DNA from: Takakia lepidozioides
Lineage: Eukaryota; Plantae; Bryophyta
NCBI GenBank assembly: GCA_030704615.1
Contig: CM060733.1
Coordinates: 66,278,001 to 66,342,000 of the forward strand
DNA length: 64,000 nt
Direction of reading: 5' to 3'
Below, piece after piece: positions 49,860-62,255 of the stretch. The notes beneath the pieces are model-generated. The model did not search any database and was not told where the DNA came from. It saw only the letters and a list, made by a program, of their open reading frames with translations. Position 1 is the first letter of the stretch. Every line of letters starts with the position of its first letter. A program made the translations under genes and the position numbers.

Positions 49860-51302
49860 GGCTCATGCATAGATTGCGACTCAATCCATCCGCATCCCGA
49901 TTGACCAAACCTGGTTGATGCACAACCTGAAAGTCATACTCCTGGAGTATGAGTGCCCACCGTGCAAGCTTCCCCGTAAGCTTGTCTGACTCCATCAACC
50001 ACTTGAGTGGCTGGTGATCCGTGACAAGGGTGAAAAGATTGCCGTATAGATAACACCTGAAGTGTGCCACGGCCCACACTGCAGATAAGCACTCTCCCTC
50101 ATATGAGCTGTACTTAGCCTCTGTAGCGTTGTTCAAGTGGCTAGCATAAGCCACTACAAACTCTCTTCCCTCATCATCCACCTGTGTGAGCACCGCTCCA
50201 AGCCCCAGCATGCTCCAATCCGTATGCAGCTGAAAGGGACGCCCCCTGATAGGTCGTCTTAGGATAGGCGCCGAGGTCAACCTCACCTTGAGCTCTTGAA
50301 AAGCTCGTTCCTGCTCATCTTCCCACTGCCACTCCTGGTCCACCTTGGTCAGCTTGGTTAGAGCCTTTGCAATGGTACTAAATCCCTTGACAAACCGTCT
50401 ATAATAGTTTGCCAACCCATGAAAGCTCAACTCGGCTCACATCCGTGGGGCGTGGAATTTGTGCAATGGCCTCTACCTTAGTCTGCTGTACCCCCAATCC
50501 TCCAGGATATATCATGTGACCCAGATACTCAATCTGGTTGTGGAAAAACTTGCACTTCCCCGTATGCAACTTCAATCCGTGCGCTCTCAAGCCCTCCAAT
50601 ACCACCTGAAGGTGTCTCTCATGCTCCTCCATCGTAACACTAAAGATGATGATGTCATCTATGTAGCACCGAGCAAAGTCCACCCCTGCTAGAATCCTAT
50701 CCATGACTCTCTGAAACTCTGCAGGAGCATTCTTAAGCCCAAATGGTAAGAACCGCCACTGATATAGGCAATCCATGCCATGCTCATTGATCCCCATAAT
50801 GCCGTCTTCTGCTTGTCCGCCTCCTTGATTGGCAACTGGTGATATCCGGATCGTAAATCCAAAGTGCTAAAGGCCTTAGCATGCCCGATGGCATCAAAGA
50901 TCTCCTCTGGTGTTGGCATGGCATACTTATCGGACTTGGTCTGACGATTTACAGGCCGGTAATCACCGCACATACGTCTCTCCGTCCAATTGCCATAGAC
51001 ATCCTTCTTGGCGCTGGCATCACTGTGGCTGAAGCATACTCTCCACCAGAGAGCTCCACCAAACCTGCCTCCCAGAGATCTTGAGTCCTCATCTGAATCA
51101 AAGACCTCTCCATGTCACTGTATCTATAGGGTCTCCGAAAGATTGGCGTGTCAGTGGCCAACTCAATACGGATCTCTTGACCCTTCAGTGCTCCCAAGTC
51201 CTTCAAACTGAAGGCAAAGCAATTCCTGTAAGCCCTCAGGAACCGCCGTATACGTCGTCTCTCTCCTCCGGTGACAATGGGTCCAATGTCAGGCTCTCCC
51301 AA
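49860..51302 (-). pseudogene. Reverse transcriptase and RNase H
   Basis: MCGDYRPVN, LDLRSGYHQ, PFGLKNAP, YIDDII, LHTDWS, YEGECL, VTDHQPL, DADGLSR. Confidence 0.95.
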
Positions 51303-51679
51303 TTGTCCTCCGTAACTGCAACCTTAAGTCCAGTGGGCTTAGAGGTAGAGGACGCGTCCAGTGGTTGCTATGTTGCAACCTCTTGAGCAGTACTCCCTGC
51401 CTGCTCAATCAATGACAAGGCCTCATCCTGCCCCATTATCTCATCCTTGAGGACCTCCTCAACCTGAGAAGAATCCCCAACCTCATCCATCACAGCCGCC
51501 TTGGCTGCCAACTCCCTCTGAACCTCGAGCACCTCCCACGTGTGCCATGGATGCATGCACCCCGTGGTCCTCACATGCTCGCCCCCACTCACTGCCTGTA
51601 CCATCTCGGTAGGCAGAGAGACCATCGAGGGAAGTGTACTCCGCACTCTGCGTTGCTCAGCCAGAGCCAAGCTGATAAT

Positions 51680-52640
51680 CCAGGTCAAGCAATTGAGATC
51701 CATTGCTTGCCCCAACACTTGACGACGTGATGCCTCAGAAAGAAACGACACCGCCGTGGTACCAGTGGTAAAACCCATTGCCCGCTCACGCTCGTCAGCA
51801 TTAGGCTCCACTAACTGCTGCAACTGAGCATCCCACAGGAGGCCAGGTCCACTATCCCGGAAAGCATGCGATCCTGGGAAACTGAGCAGTGTAGGTAATG
51901 CTGCTCGTGGTTGACCCACCTTGTTGACCACTGCCAAGGCGAATGGTCATCGTGTCTCACACGCTGAGACTGCCTCCCTGTGTCCAGAATGTTATCCACT
52001 GTGAGATGTGCCGGCCGCTGCACCCCATCAAATGCACGCTTGAGCAGTGCGGGTGGCATCAAGTTAGTCCACCATAGCTGTGGTTGATGAGTCCGTGACC
52101 CCACTGTAGCTGCATCTAGCAACACTACTGACCCAAGCCACGACCGGACTTGATGCACACTGGCCATCACCCTGGCCCGAGAATCGCCCATCAGTGGCAC
52201 ATTCTCCAAGATGTATGCTGGAGATACAGCTTGATGAAGCTGCAAGTGGCGCAAAACCCGCACCATCTCCCAAAACAGACCCGACCTCGAGTCTCGCAAT
52301 CCATTGCCATGCCCGGCTGATGAATGCCCTTGGCAGGGCCAACCTGCCACTACCAGATCAATGGAGCCAACCCGCTCCAAATCCTGCGCCCCCAGCAACG
52401 AAATGTCTGTTGGCAAGGCCTGCTGATATCCACGAATTGCAGACACCGACAACAACTCAGGGTACCGCTACACCAACTGAGCAACATGGCAAAGTGAAAC
52501 GCGTCGTGCAGTCTCATCCCTCTCCACATACATGTAACGCCAAACTCGTACACCTGCCTGTAACACAGCAGCCAATCCGGTGCTGATTCCGCCAAACAAG
52601 TCCAGAAGACAAATGCCTTCATCCGGATACTGCCACACAA
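51680..52640 (-). pseudogene. C5 DNA methyltransferase domain of copy 2 (split by frameshifts)
   Basis: LLDLFGGISTG, YVERD, DLVVAGWPCQGHS, LENV, ERERAMGF, LGQAMD across three ORFs. Confidence 0.93.
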
Positions 52641-52834
52641 TAGGTGTGGTGTCCAATGGAGACAATGAGGTGGTCCTGGTGCAATCCCCACACTCTCCTC
52701 CTCTCCTGACGGTACAAAAAGCCTCCACCCAGGCTTGTTGCACCCGTCGATCAGCATCCCGCTGCAAATCCTTGCTCGTGCCCCACAATGGAGTCTGAGC
52801 AACCATGGTAGGAAACTCCGCCATACCATACATG

Positions 52835-53374
52835 TCATCCCTGCTCTCCCGGAGGTGGCACATCCTCTGAATGAGCGTTGCCCTCAAGCAACTCTTTAGG
52901 CCAACTCACTGCCACTGTGAATGCTGCTAGTGTCGGCATCTTGCATTGCTGGGCAACCGCAACTCCTCCTATGAACGTCACAGGGAGCTGCACACGCCGG
53001 CCCTCCCCTGACTGCCATGCAGGCCTATAGGAAGCTGACTCCTCCAAAAATCCAGGGTGAAGCCCATGGGGTACAACCCTGCCACCAACCAGGACATCGT
53101 ATGAGACTACGTCTGTCACAATGGCCTTGGCTCGCATCACTGAGCCATCTGTAGGGTGATCCGGCCGTAGTCTGATAGCCAACTCACGCCGTGTCATGCC
53201 CCGAGCCTGCTCCGATCCTCCCAGAGACGTCTGTATCTGGAAAGGACAAGGCTCCATATCCGCCTCCGTGAGGCCCAAGCCTGCAATAGCAGCTCTGCCC
53301 AGCATCAATGGCTGAGCTCCCGAGTCCAACAAGACCTGTAGTGGCCGGTACCTCTTGCTTGCTTGCCGGTCCAC
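52835..53374 (-). pseudogene. Aspartic protease
   Basis: VLLDSGAQ...YDVLVGG. Confidence 0.85.
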
Positions 53375-54049
53375 TCAAACAGAAAATGCCATCCTGGTTG
53401 TCTAACATGACAACTCCAGGTGTCACCATGGTGCGTTCAAATGGCTGGCCTAGCTCAGCACTACACTCCTACTATCTCTGCAGAAGATGAAGTAACCTCA
53501 ACCTCCCCCCTCTCACAGAGTGTAGTTGCCAGCCTGAACACCTTAGCTGGTTTTACCCCCGGTGTTGCAATCATGGTAGCCGAGAACAATGGAGCCTGGC
53601 ACACAGATGTGGCCGCTCCTAGCAACACACTAGCTGCCGTAGCCTGGCAACACTAGGTAGTGGTGCTACCCGTGTAGCTCTCCCCAAATGGCATAATAAC
53701 CTCCGCCTCGGTAACCGTCGGCGAGATAGGTGCCATGGATGGCGTCGACACTGTCTCTGCCAAATGTGAATGACTGAGGAAGCCTAGCCTGACGGCTTGC
53801 CTCCCCACGCTGTGGATCCAACTCCCCTCTGCACCTCGTGGCTCAGGAACTCGTGCTGCTTCCTCGAGTCACGGCTGCAAGCAGACTCCACTTGCACTAG
53901 TGGTAGTGCTGCCTCCACACATAAATCCCATGCTCCCATATCTCCTCCCTCAGGAGCAGGAGGTGGACCATCCGGCCTTAGAGCCGGTACCAACCTGAGC
54001 TGTAGCCATGGCAGCGAGCCTCTGCTCTAGCTGCTGAAGCCGGTTGGCC

Positions 54050-55468
54050 ATGCCTTGGTCAACACCCTGACCTCCACGTCCTTGGCCACGTTGAGCTTGC
54101 CCTTGGCCTGCACCTCGTGGCTGGCCACCTCGTCCTCTCTGGGTTGCTCCACCTCGCCCCCGGCCACCATTGTTCCCTTGAACTGGCCTGGGCGCAACTC
54201 AGGATGCAAACCATAACACTGGGCTCTCCATGCTCGTGCTTTGCCACAATGCCACACTGCAACTGTGCAGGTTGTGCATGTGCCGACCCTTTGCCTCCCT
54301 CTGGGCAATCCTTCTTGACATGGGGTCCTCCACATGTCCAGCACACCACATCCGCCCGTTGTTGGCCAGCAAATGAAGGGAGAGACCCCTGCAAATCTGA
54401 GGTCCTCTCTGCCCTTCCCTGAGCTTCACCTGAGCCCCTTGTTCCTTGAGCACGTTGAGGTAGTGGTTGGCTAGGAGCACCACTACCCCGTGGCGTCTCC
54501 TTAGCAATCCCACCATGACCACTCGTTCTCCACCATCTTGAGCTCTATCCACTCTGCCAGCAAAAACACATTTGCTAGGGTGGGTTGGGCCGCTTGTAGG
54601 AGAGTTGCATCCCCGCACCCTTCTCCTCAGCTCCTTGTCCAATATCCCATACAAGAATTGGACTGCTTGAGCTTCCGTAACCCCTTGGGTTACATTTATC
54701 AAGCACCTCATGCGAGTGAAAGCCTCCCTCAAGCTCTCTCGGTCGGCTTCTCTGTTGGACTCTTTGCAGCTCCGCAACTTCTCTGGCCTGTTTCCTCTCA
54801 ACTCTTCGAAGAACTCCACAACAGGGTTGAAGGAAGGCAAGGCAAGGGTGCTAGGGCTGTGCGGGTGGTGGGTAGTAGTGGCTTGGGTGGACGTCGTAGC
54901 TATGTACCACCAGTCCCACTAGCCCACTGCTAATTGTGAAGCTGCTGGTGCAGCGGCAGGTGTAGCCACTGCCCTCGGTGCTCTAGTGCCCCTAGTGATG
55001 GAGACATAGTCGGGTGACCAGTACATCCTCCACTCCTCGATCTCAACCTCATGCCCCCGCCGAACTCATGGTAATCATCCATAGGCGGCCCCTCAAGGTG
55101 CTGAAACAGCCCCTTCCATGCCATGAAAGGCGTAAATAGTTGTGGATTGCGCATTTGCTGCAAATCACACCAACTATCAAACTCTTGGAAAATCATCCAA
55201 CTCGATGGTGCCCACCGCCCCAGAGTACCTTCGTGGCCCCTTGTAGTCCATACATCTCCTCATTGTGTCCCACAACAATGGCAAGAAACAACTTGCACCG
55301 CCGGTATGAGTCCTCCTGATTCACAATCCGAATCAGAACCTTCCGTAGAAGACACAGGAGGTGAAGGTGGCCTAAACCGCACACCTCGTCTCGTGTACCA
55401 CTAGTATCGCTAGTGCTCGAACCGGCACTGTCCCCAGCAACTAGTGGCACCTCCGTGTTGACACTCAA
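54050..55468 (-). pseudogene. gag: gag with two zinc knuckles
   Basis: QEFDSWCD...ESLREAFTRMR...CWTCGGPHVKKDC; many indels. Confidence 0.78.
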
Positions 55469-56199
55469 CCGGTCATGAACATGTCCCTAACCCCCTCTCC
55501 ACAAGGTAACGGGTAGAGAACCTGTTGCGGCTTATGGTTTGGAATACTAAGTTCCTAACATAGCCTACACCTGTACCTGCATCCACCGCAAGCACTCCTA
55601 TGGTTGGCTGGTCATCACCTCCAACCTCACCACAGGAGAAACAATGATGGTCTGGCTGGTCATCACCCCAGCCTCACCATCGACAGCATGCTCTAGGACT
55701 GGCCGGTGATCAAATCCGGACCAATCACCTATAAAAACAAGCGCCCACACAAAACTAGCATGGCGCACAGTCAAGCATGCAGGTATGGAGGGGATCCAAA
55801 CACAAGAAATCAGAACGACAACTCCCCCACACCAAAAACAACTCCACGGTGTTGCTCCTGCAAGGACACCCCAGCCCAAACCCGGACTGACTCTTGCCTC
55901 CACCTACGGAAAGGTCTTGGCCTAATGAGAGGGTGGAAACTACGAGGAAGAGAAGCTAAAGCAATGCCTAACCCCAGCATGCCCTCATCCCAACACTCTT
56001 CCTCTCCTCTCTCCCTCACTTGCATGACCATGGGAATATCATGAAGATACTCCTCAAAACCGCCCTCCACGAGCTTCAAAATTCGGCCTTCAAGACCACA
56101 TGCCAGTCCTTAGGCAGTCCACCAGTGCTCCAACGAGTCAGCACAGGCCGTCCACAGGTCAACACGGGCCACCACAGACCAGCACAGGCCCACACAGCT

Positions 56200-57410
56200 C
56201 ACTGGTCACAGCCGTCACAGCCATCACAAGTCCAACAGGCCACTGGGCAAGCCTGTCAAAGCCCTCATAGCCCGTTCCTCCCCAAACAGCTGCCACAGCC
56301 TGTCCACAGAACCGTCACAGCCACACAGGCCAAATTGCACAGCTGTCACAGCCCCCGAAACAGCCAGTAACAGCCTGACACAGCCTGTCACAGCCTCATC
56401 AAAGCCCCACAGGGCCACGGGGCACAGCCGTCACAGCCCAACGGCTTAGGCACGGCCTGTCACAGGCCAGTCAAGCCCGTCACAGCCCCAAAGGCCTCAG
56501 GCACGGCCTGTCACAGCCTCATAGCCACAAAGGGCCACGGGCACAGCCTGTCACAGCCCCTCACAGCACATCACAGCCCCACAGGCCCGGGCACAGCTGT
56601 CACAGCCCTGCACAGCCCAAAGGCCAAGGGGCACAGCCAGTCACAGCCGTCACAGCCCCAAAGGCCTCAGGCACGGCCTGACACAGGGCCCCTCACAGCC
56701 CCACAGGCCACTGGGCACAGCCTGTCACAGCCCCTCACAGCCCTCAGGCCAACGGCCGCAGACAGTGACACCCCTCACAGCCCCTCACAGCCCCCCCCCC
56801 CCAAACGGCCCCCGGCACAGCCCTCACAGCCCCACAGCCCTGAAGGCCACCGGCACAGCCCGGACACAGCCCCTCACAGCCCCCAAGGCCTCAGGCACGG
56901 CCTGTCACAGCCCCTCACACCCCGTCACAGCCCCAAAGGCCTCAGGCACGGCCTGTCACAGCCCATCACAGCCCCTCACAGCCCCCCAAAGGCCTCAGGC
57001 ACGGCCTGTCACAGCCCTAACAGCCCGTCACAGCCCAAAGGCACGGCACAGCCTGTCACAGCCCCAAAAGGCCACCGGCACAGCCCCTCACAGCCCATCA
57101 CAGCCCCCAAGGCACGGCGTTAGCCCGTCACAGGCCCTGCACAGCCCGTCACAGCCCCGAAGGCCACCGGCACGGCCCCTCAGCCCGTTGACAGCCCCTC
57201 ACAGCCCTCACAGCCCCGAAGGCCACCGGGCACACGGGCACAGCCCCAAAGGCCTCAGAGGCCTTGACACAGCCCCTAACAGCCCATCACCGCCCCAAAG
57301 GCCTCAGGCACGGCCTGTCACATCCCCTCACAGCCCATCACAGCCCCAAAGGGCCACGGGCACAGCCCGTAACAGCTGAAGGCCACCGGCGCAGCCCGGC
57401 ACAGCTCTTC
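56200..57410. repeat. Expanded (~1.2 kb) CACAGCC microsatellite in the leader of copy 2
   Basis: Directly visible; only ~0.3 kb at the same site in copy 1. Confidence 0.92.
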
Positions 57411-58903
57411 CATGGCCGCTCTGGCAGTTAGCCATTTCTCCAATGGGTTTAGCCACGCCAAGCAGGGTTTGTTGTCTCGTGGACTCTAGGCTTCTTTCAC
57501 GAGCTATGGCGGGGCTGTGAGGAAATCAGCAAGGTATTCTTGCCTTTCGGCTCCCACACACCACATAGTTGCCCTAAGCCATGAGGTGGTTGCACAAACC
57601 AAGCATCTTTCTCACTTAGCCTCCCCAACACGCCACTAAACTCAATGGTAAAAACCAAGCCCTGCTGGTTCCCAGCCCTTGTGAGCACTCATTCAAGCAC
57701 TCTCCTTGGCCATAGCATCTGTCTTAGAGCCTATTCCAGCCCCCTACACCTGCTGCTTCAAGAGTTGCGCTCCCTTCAAGCTTGAAGTTGAAACCCCAAC
57801 TCACATAGGCCCTACAAGTGCTTTTCTTTCACTCCAAGTGGAAACCAGCCCTAGACCTCCATTCTAGCTCTCTAAAGCTTAAAAACAAGAGCCTCAATGG
57901 GCTGAAGGCATACTCCACACATGCCTCACTCTCACCATAAGAGAATCAGCTCATTTGCTTCATTTCTTGCACCCACAAACCTGAAAATACAAGCTTCAGC
58001 AGGCTGAAAGCATGCTCCACATGCCCTACAGGGAAACCAGCCCTTCCTTCCTTTCTTGCACTCCCACACCTGAAAGTGCAAGCCTTCACCAGGCTGATAG
58101 CATGCTCCACACATGCATTGCCCTCACATAAGGGAAGTCAGCCCTTCCCTCTTCCTTGCTTGCCCTCCAAGCTTGAAGATGGAAGCTTCAATGAGCTAAA
58201 TACATGCTCCACACATGCAACCTCTTCACACACGAGATATGGCTCCTTGGCTCCTTGATGCTCTCTAAGACAAGACTAAGCACTCCACAGCCTTTGCCAA
58301 GCTCCTGAAACCCTAAGGCTTACATTTCCAGCCACAAGACACTTCTCTTGTGGTGCAAGAGCTCTTCTTCCAAGCTCTGAAACCCTAGGTGCACATTCCA
58401 TGGCCTTGCCGCACCTCTTAGCTCCTGTTCTAGCCCTGCTCTTGCCATGACAAGAGCCCTCTCAATGCTGAAGCTCGAGATTGAAACCCAATCTCACCAT
58501 ACTCCACAAAGTGCACTGATTTGCCCCAAGCAAAATCAGCCCTTTCGCTTGGTCTTGCAATCCTTCACACAATGAAAGCTCGCATTCCCAAGTCCAGTTC
58601 TCAGCTTTGCCACCAAAGCCACTATAACCTACTCTTGACTGGTCCTCTTCCCAATCGTGCTTGCTCATGCATGTACACAATCTGAAACCATCAAGGTGCT
58701 CTGGAATTACCTACAGCATGGTGCTTTCATCTCTGAAGCTGAAGATCGAATGCCAAGGTCTACCACCTCGTAACCCACATCGCCTCCGCTTCTAACAACC
58801 AAGAGCTCCACGGTGCTCCTTGCATAACAACTTGGTTTCTCTCATTCTCAAGCAAAAACCACAAGTGCTACAACTAACTCGTATCTGGCACTCACAGATA
58901 CGA

Positions 58904-58919
58904 GCTCATCTTTCTCAAG
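58904..58919 (-). promoter_or_regulatory. Putative self-priming primer binding site
   Basis: Abuts repeat B and is complementary (15/16) to 59075-59090 inside B; 16/16 in copy 1 (40457-40472 vs 40615-40630). Confidence 0.7.
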
Positions 58920-59236
58920 TGATAAAGAAGAAGAATACAAGCACGAGCTCACAAATCTGAAGCATAAACTCATGCATATATAACCTCATCACTCAAATAC
59001 AAGTCAAGCCAAGTGCACCCCACGCCATGGGGAATCCACACTACGGCGCCATAGCTAGGCGCGGTGAGGCTCAACTCGAGAAAGATGAGCCTCCCGTGCT
59101 TGCCGTGAAGATAACCACTCCAGGGCCTAAATCTGCCTTGACCCTTGGATTGACACTTGGGCCAATCCCAAATATCAATATGTAAAAGCCAGCTATTTCC
59201 TAGCTAGTTTCACACTAGTGGTAAAATAACTTGACA
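58920..59236 (-). repeat. 5' terminal repeat B of copy 2
   Basis: Minus TGTCAAG...TTTATCA. Confidence 0.95.
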
Positions 59237-59430
59237 GCCGCGAGACTCGGCCCGGGTGGGTTTGTCGCGAGGGTGGGTCTGCCATCAGGTATGGTATGCC
59301 GCGAGGGTGGGCCTGCAGGCCTTGACCCTAGGCGAGACTCGGCCCGGGTGGGTCTGCTGCAAGGATGGGTCTGCCACCAAGTATGGTCTGCCGTGAGGTA
59401 GGGTCCGCATGCCCTGACCCTAGGCGGCAT
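59237..59430. repeat. GC-rich short-unit repeat (GGTGGGTCTGCC / CGAGACTCGGCCCGGG), continuous with 47250-47293
   Basis: Same units on both sides of copy 2. Confidence 0.75.
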
Positions 59431-60194
59431 TGGGGCTGACTGCGGCTATTTTCTAGATTAAGAGATAAAAAAAATATATTGGGGTAGTAGCAAGCAGCGG
59501 GTAGTGTGGTGGTTGGGTGCATTGAGTGGTACCTATGAGGATGTGGGTTCAACTTTGGCTGCGCCAAATGTGTATTAATGATGGTTCTGGCTGGCGTTGC
59601 ACGTGTACTAATGACCCTCTTTTTGATGGGCGAGTTTTCTCGCAAAAAATTCCGCGGGTGGGTTGCGGCGCAACGAGCAGACCCGACCTGACCTGTCAGT
59701 AGACCCTGAGCAGACCCAGACCCTCCGGGTGGTCGCGGGGCTGGCGACGTCCGTGCATGGGCCCCGCTGCCTGCCGCACAGCTTGGACTTTATCTCCGTT
59801 CGGAGAGGTTGGCTCGAATGGCTCGAACTACACTGATCACACAGTGTGTGCACCTCATGGTATAACCGGGGTTTTAATTTTTTCCCCATCAAATAATTTA
59901 TAATAAATATATCAGGGATATAAACCCCTGTTTGCAAAATAAAAATAATTAAAAATAAATTAAAAATAAAAGTCAAATATGTTTCATTCATCTGAGTTGT
60001 GCAGAAGCATTCATTTAGAAGTCATACAAACAGCATCCGTTGGCTACAGGGTTCTGCGCGAGGTTCCCCGAGGGACTGACAGGCAGGGTCTCTCTTCCTT
60101 CCTTGCTTTCTTTCTACGTCTCTCTATATCTGGCATCGATCGGGGCCTGGAAGGCTGCCGGACTGAATAAATTCGCTAAGAAGCGCAGCTGGAA

Positions 60195-62255
60195 ATGGGC
60201 GTTTTCTGTTTTGGGCACAAAGGACTCGCTGTTTGTTTCCCAGTGTTCTCTGCTCCAGGGAACTCAGACTTCTCTTCTTTGAGGTCTCGAGCAGCTGGGA
60301 CTTTGTCTTGCTTCTGTAATCGTCCTGTGGGTTGCAGTCACTGTGCAGGATTGATTTTCATTAGAAAAGAAATGGCTTCTGGGGAAAAAGAGGTGTGCAT
60401 CAATTCGAGGAGAGGGGTCCGGAGGGGGAGCACAATTCAAACTGGAACTCAAGCACCTGAAATGTTGGAGAGCGAGGAAGGAGAAGTGGGTTCATTGTGT
60501 GAGAATCTGTGCACAACGACGTGGGGGTTGTGCGATACAGTTATAGGCGTTCTTGGGGGAGGACAGCTGGGTCGCATGCTATGTCAGGCAGCATCTCCTA
60601 TGGGAATCAGGGTGTCTGTGTTAGACCCACTAGAGGACTGCCCTGCCAGCCGCATTTCCTACCACCATGTTGTCGGCAGTTTTCGGGACACAAACGCTGT
60701 GCGCGAATTTGCAAAGAGCTGTGGGGCACTGACAGTAGAGATAGAACATGTGGATGTGGAAACGTTGGAGGCACTGGCGAGGGAGGGAATTGATGTTGAG
60801 CCTAATCCCTTCACTATTCGCATCATCCAGGACAAGTATTTGCAAAAGATGCACTTTAAGCAGCATGGTGTCGCACTCCCAGACTTCATGAGGGTAGACA
60901 GTGCAGAGAGAGCAGAGGAAGCTGGGCGCGTTTTTGGCTATCCTTTGATGTTGAAGAGCCGGCGGCTAGCATATGATGGGCGGGGCAATGCTGTCGCACG
61001 CTGCAAAGAGGATCTAGCGAGTGCTATGTCTTCTCTCGGGGGCGTTGAACGTGGTCTTTATGCCGAGAAATGGGCTCCCTTCGTCAAGGAGCTGGCAGTA
61101 ATGGTTGCCCGAGGTAGGGATGCCACCCTTCGCTCTTTCCCTGTAGTTGAGACGACTCATAAGGATAACATATGCCACACAGTGGAGGCCCCTGCTCAAA
61201 TCCCTTTGGAAACTGCTCGGATGGCGAAGGAGGTCGCAGAGGGGGCTGTGAGGTCTTTGTCGGGTGCTGGTGTATTTGGGGTTGAGCTCTTTCTTCTCTC
61301 TGATGGCCAGGTGCTGTTGAATGAGGTTGCACCCAGGCCACACAACAGTGGCCATTACACAATTGAGGCCTGCTTTGTCTCGCAATATGAACAGCATTTG
61401 CGGGCAGTGTTAGGGCTGCCGCTTGGGGACGCTTCCATGAAGGTCCCTGCAGCCTTGATGTTCAATTTGTTGGGAGAAGATGAGGGAGAGGCAGGGTTTA
61501 GCTTAGTACATCAGGTAATGAGACGAGCAACCGCAGTTCCAGGAGCCAGTGTCCATTGGTATGAAAAGCCTGAAATAAGAAAGCAGCGAAAAATGGGGCA
61601 CATAACAGTGGTCGGTCCGACAACAGAAATTGTGAGAGCTCGCATGGATGCCATTGTCAATGGCAAATATCTGAATGGAAGCCATTGTGAAGATCACCCC
61701 CAGGCTCTAAGCGCTGCAGATGTTTGCACTGACTTTCACCAACTTGTGGCTCCACCAGTGGGGATCATAATGGGGTCAGATTCAGATCTGAATGTGATGA
61801 AGGCTGCTGCTGAAATTCTTGAGTCCTTTGACGTACACTATGAGTTAACAGTTGTGTCAGCGCATCGAACTCCGGAGAGAATGGTGAATTATGCACAAAC
61901 AGCGCATGAACGAGGGATGCAGGTCATAATTGCGGGTGCAGGTGGGGCTGCACATCTCCCTGGGATGGTGGCTTCCCTCACCCCCCTTCCTGTCATAGGC
62001 GTTCCTGTCAAAGGCTCCTCAACCGATGGTCTTGACTCACTGCTGTCAATTGTTCAGATGCCAAGAGGTATTCCAGTTGCAACCGTAGCTATTCAAAATG
62101 CCACAAATGCAGGGCTGTTGGCCGTCCGTATTCTTGGATTGACAAGCCCGGAATTGGTAAAGAAGATGGCAAAATACCAGGATGACTTGAAGGAGATGGT
62201 GTTGGAGAAGGCAGAAAGGCTGGAGAGAGTGGGCTGGCAAGTGTACCTTAAGTGA
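60195..62255 (+). CDS. ADE2: Bifunctional phosphoribosylaminoimidazole (AIR) carboxylase PurK-PurE with N-terminal extension (probable plastid transit peptide), intronless
   Basis: [37 protein letters not shown]; [41 protein letters not shown]; uninterrupted 686 aa. Confidence 0.97.
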   Translation: MGVFCFGHKGLAVCFPVFSAPGNSDFSSLRSRAAGTLSCFCNRPVGCSHCAGLIFIRKEMASGEKEVCINSRRGVRRGSTIQTGTQAPEMLESEEGEVGSLCENLCTTTWGLCDTVIGVLGGGQLGRMLCQAASPMGIRVSVLDPLEDCPASRISYHHVVGSFRDTNAVREFAKSCGALTVEIEHVDVETLEALAREGIDVEPNPFTIRIIQDKYLQKMHFKQHGVALPDFMRVDSAERAEEAGRVFGYPLMLKSRRLAYDGRGNAVARCKEDLASAMSSLGGVERGLYAEKWAPFVKELAVMVARGRDATLRSFPVVETTHKDNICHTVEAPAQIPLETARMAKEVAEGAVRSLSGAGVFGVELFLLSDGQVLLNEVAPRPHNSGHYTIEACFVSQYEQHLRAVLGLPLGDASMKVPAALMFNLLGEDEGEAGFSLVHQVMRRATAVPGASVHWYEKPEIRKQRKMGHITVVGPTTEIVRARMDAIVNGKYLNGSHCEDHPQALSAADVCTDFHQLVAPPVGIIMGSDSDLNVMKAAAEILESFDVHYELTVVSAHRTPERMVNYAQTAHERGMQVIIAGAGGAAHLPGMVASLTPLPVIGVPVKGSSTDGLDSLLSIVQMPRGIPVATVAIQNATNAGLLAVRILGLTSPELVKKMAKYQDDLKEMVLEKAERLERVGWQVYLK

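Larger units (their letters stand above)
47294..59236 (-). mobile_element. Full-length DNMT-encoding Gypsy-like retroelement, copy 2, with split direct repeats
   Basis: Minus ends TGTCAAG...CACGACA; 4-bp TSD ACCG/GCCG; flanks rejoin as GGTATGGTCT(G)CCGCGAG, the local repeat unit; gag-PR-DNMT-RT-RH-INT-PHD. Confidence 0.93.

Noticed and set aside
56765-57379. 204-aa Pro/Ser/His-rich ORF (similar ones at 14023, 26894, 22179)
   Set aside because: Translation of the CACAGCC microsatellite
47294-59236. DIRS/Ngaro tyrosine-recombinase element, suggested by split repeats plus a methyltransferase
   Set aside because: Encodes aspartic protease and DDE integrase, has a TSD, no tyrosine-recombinase motifs seen, and the MTase is C5-type rather than the Dam-like DIRS domain
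47482-59236. Ordinary element bounded by B...B LTRs
   Set aside because: No TSD at the B boundary near 47481; the PPT-like tract abuts A, and the target repeat rejoins only outside the outer A (47293/59237)
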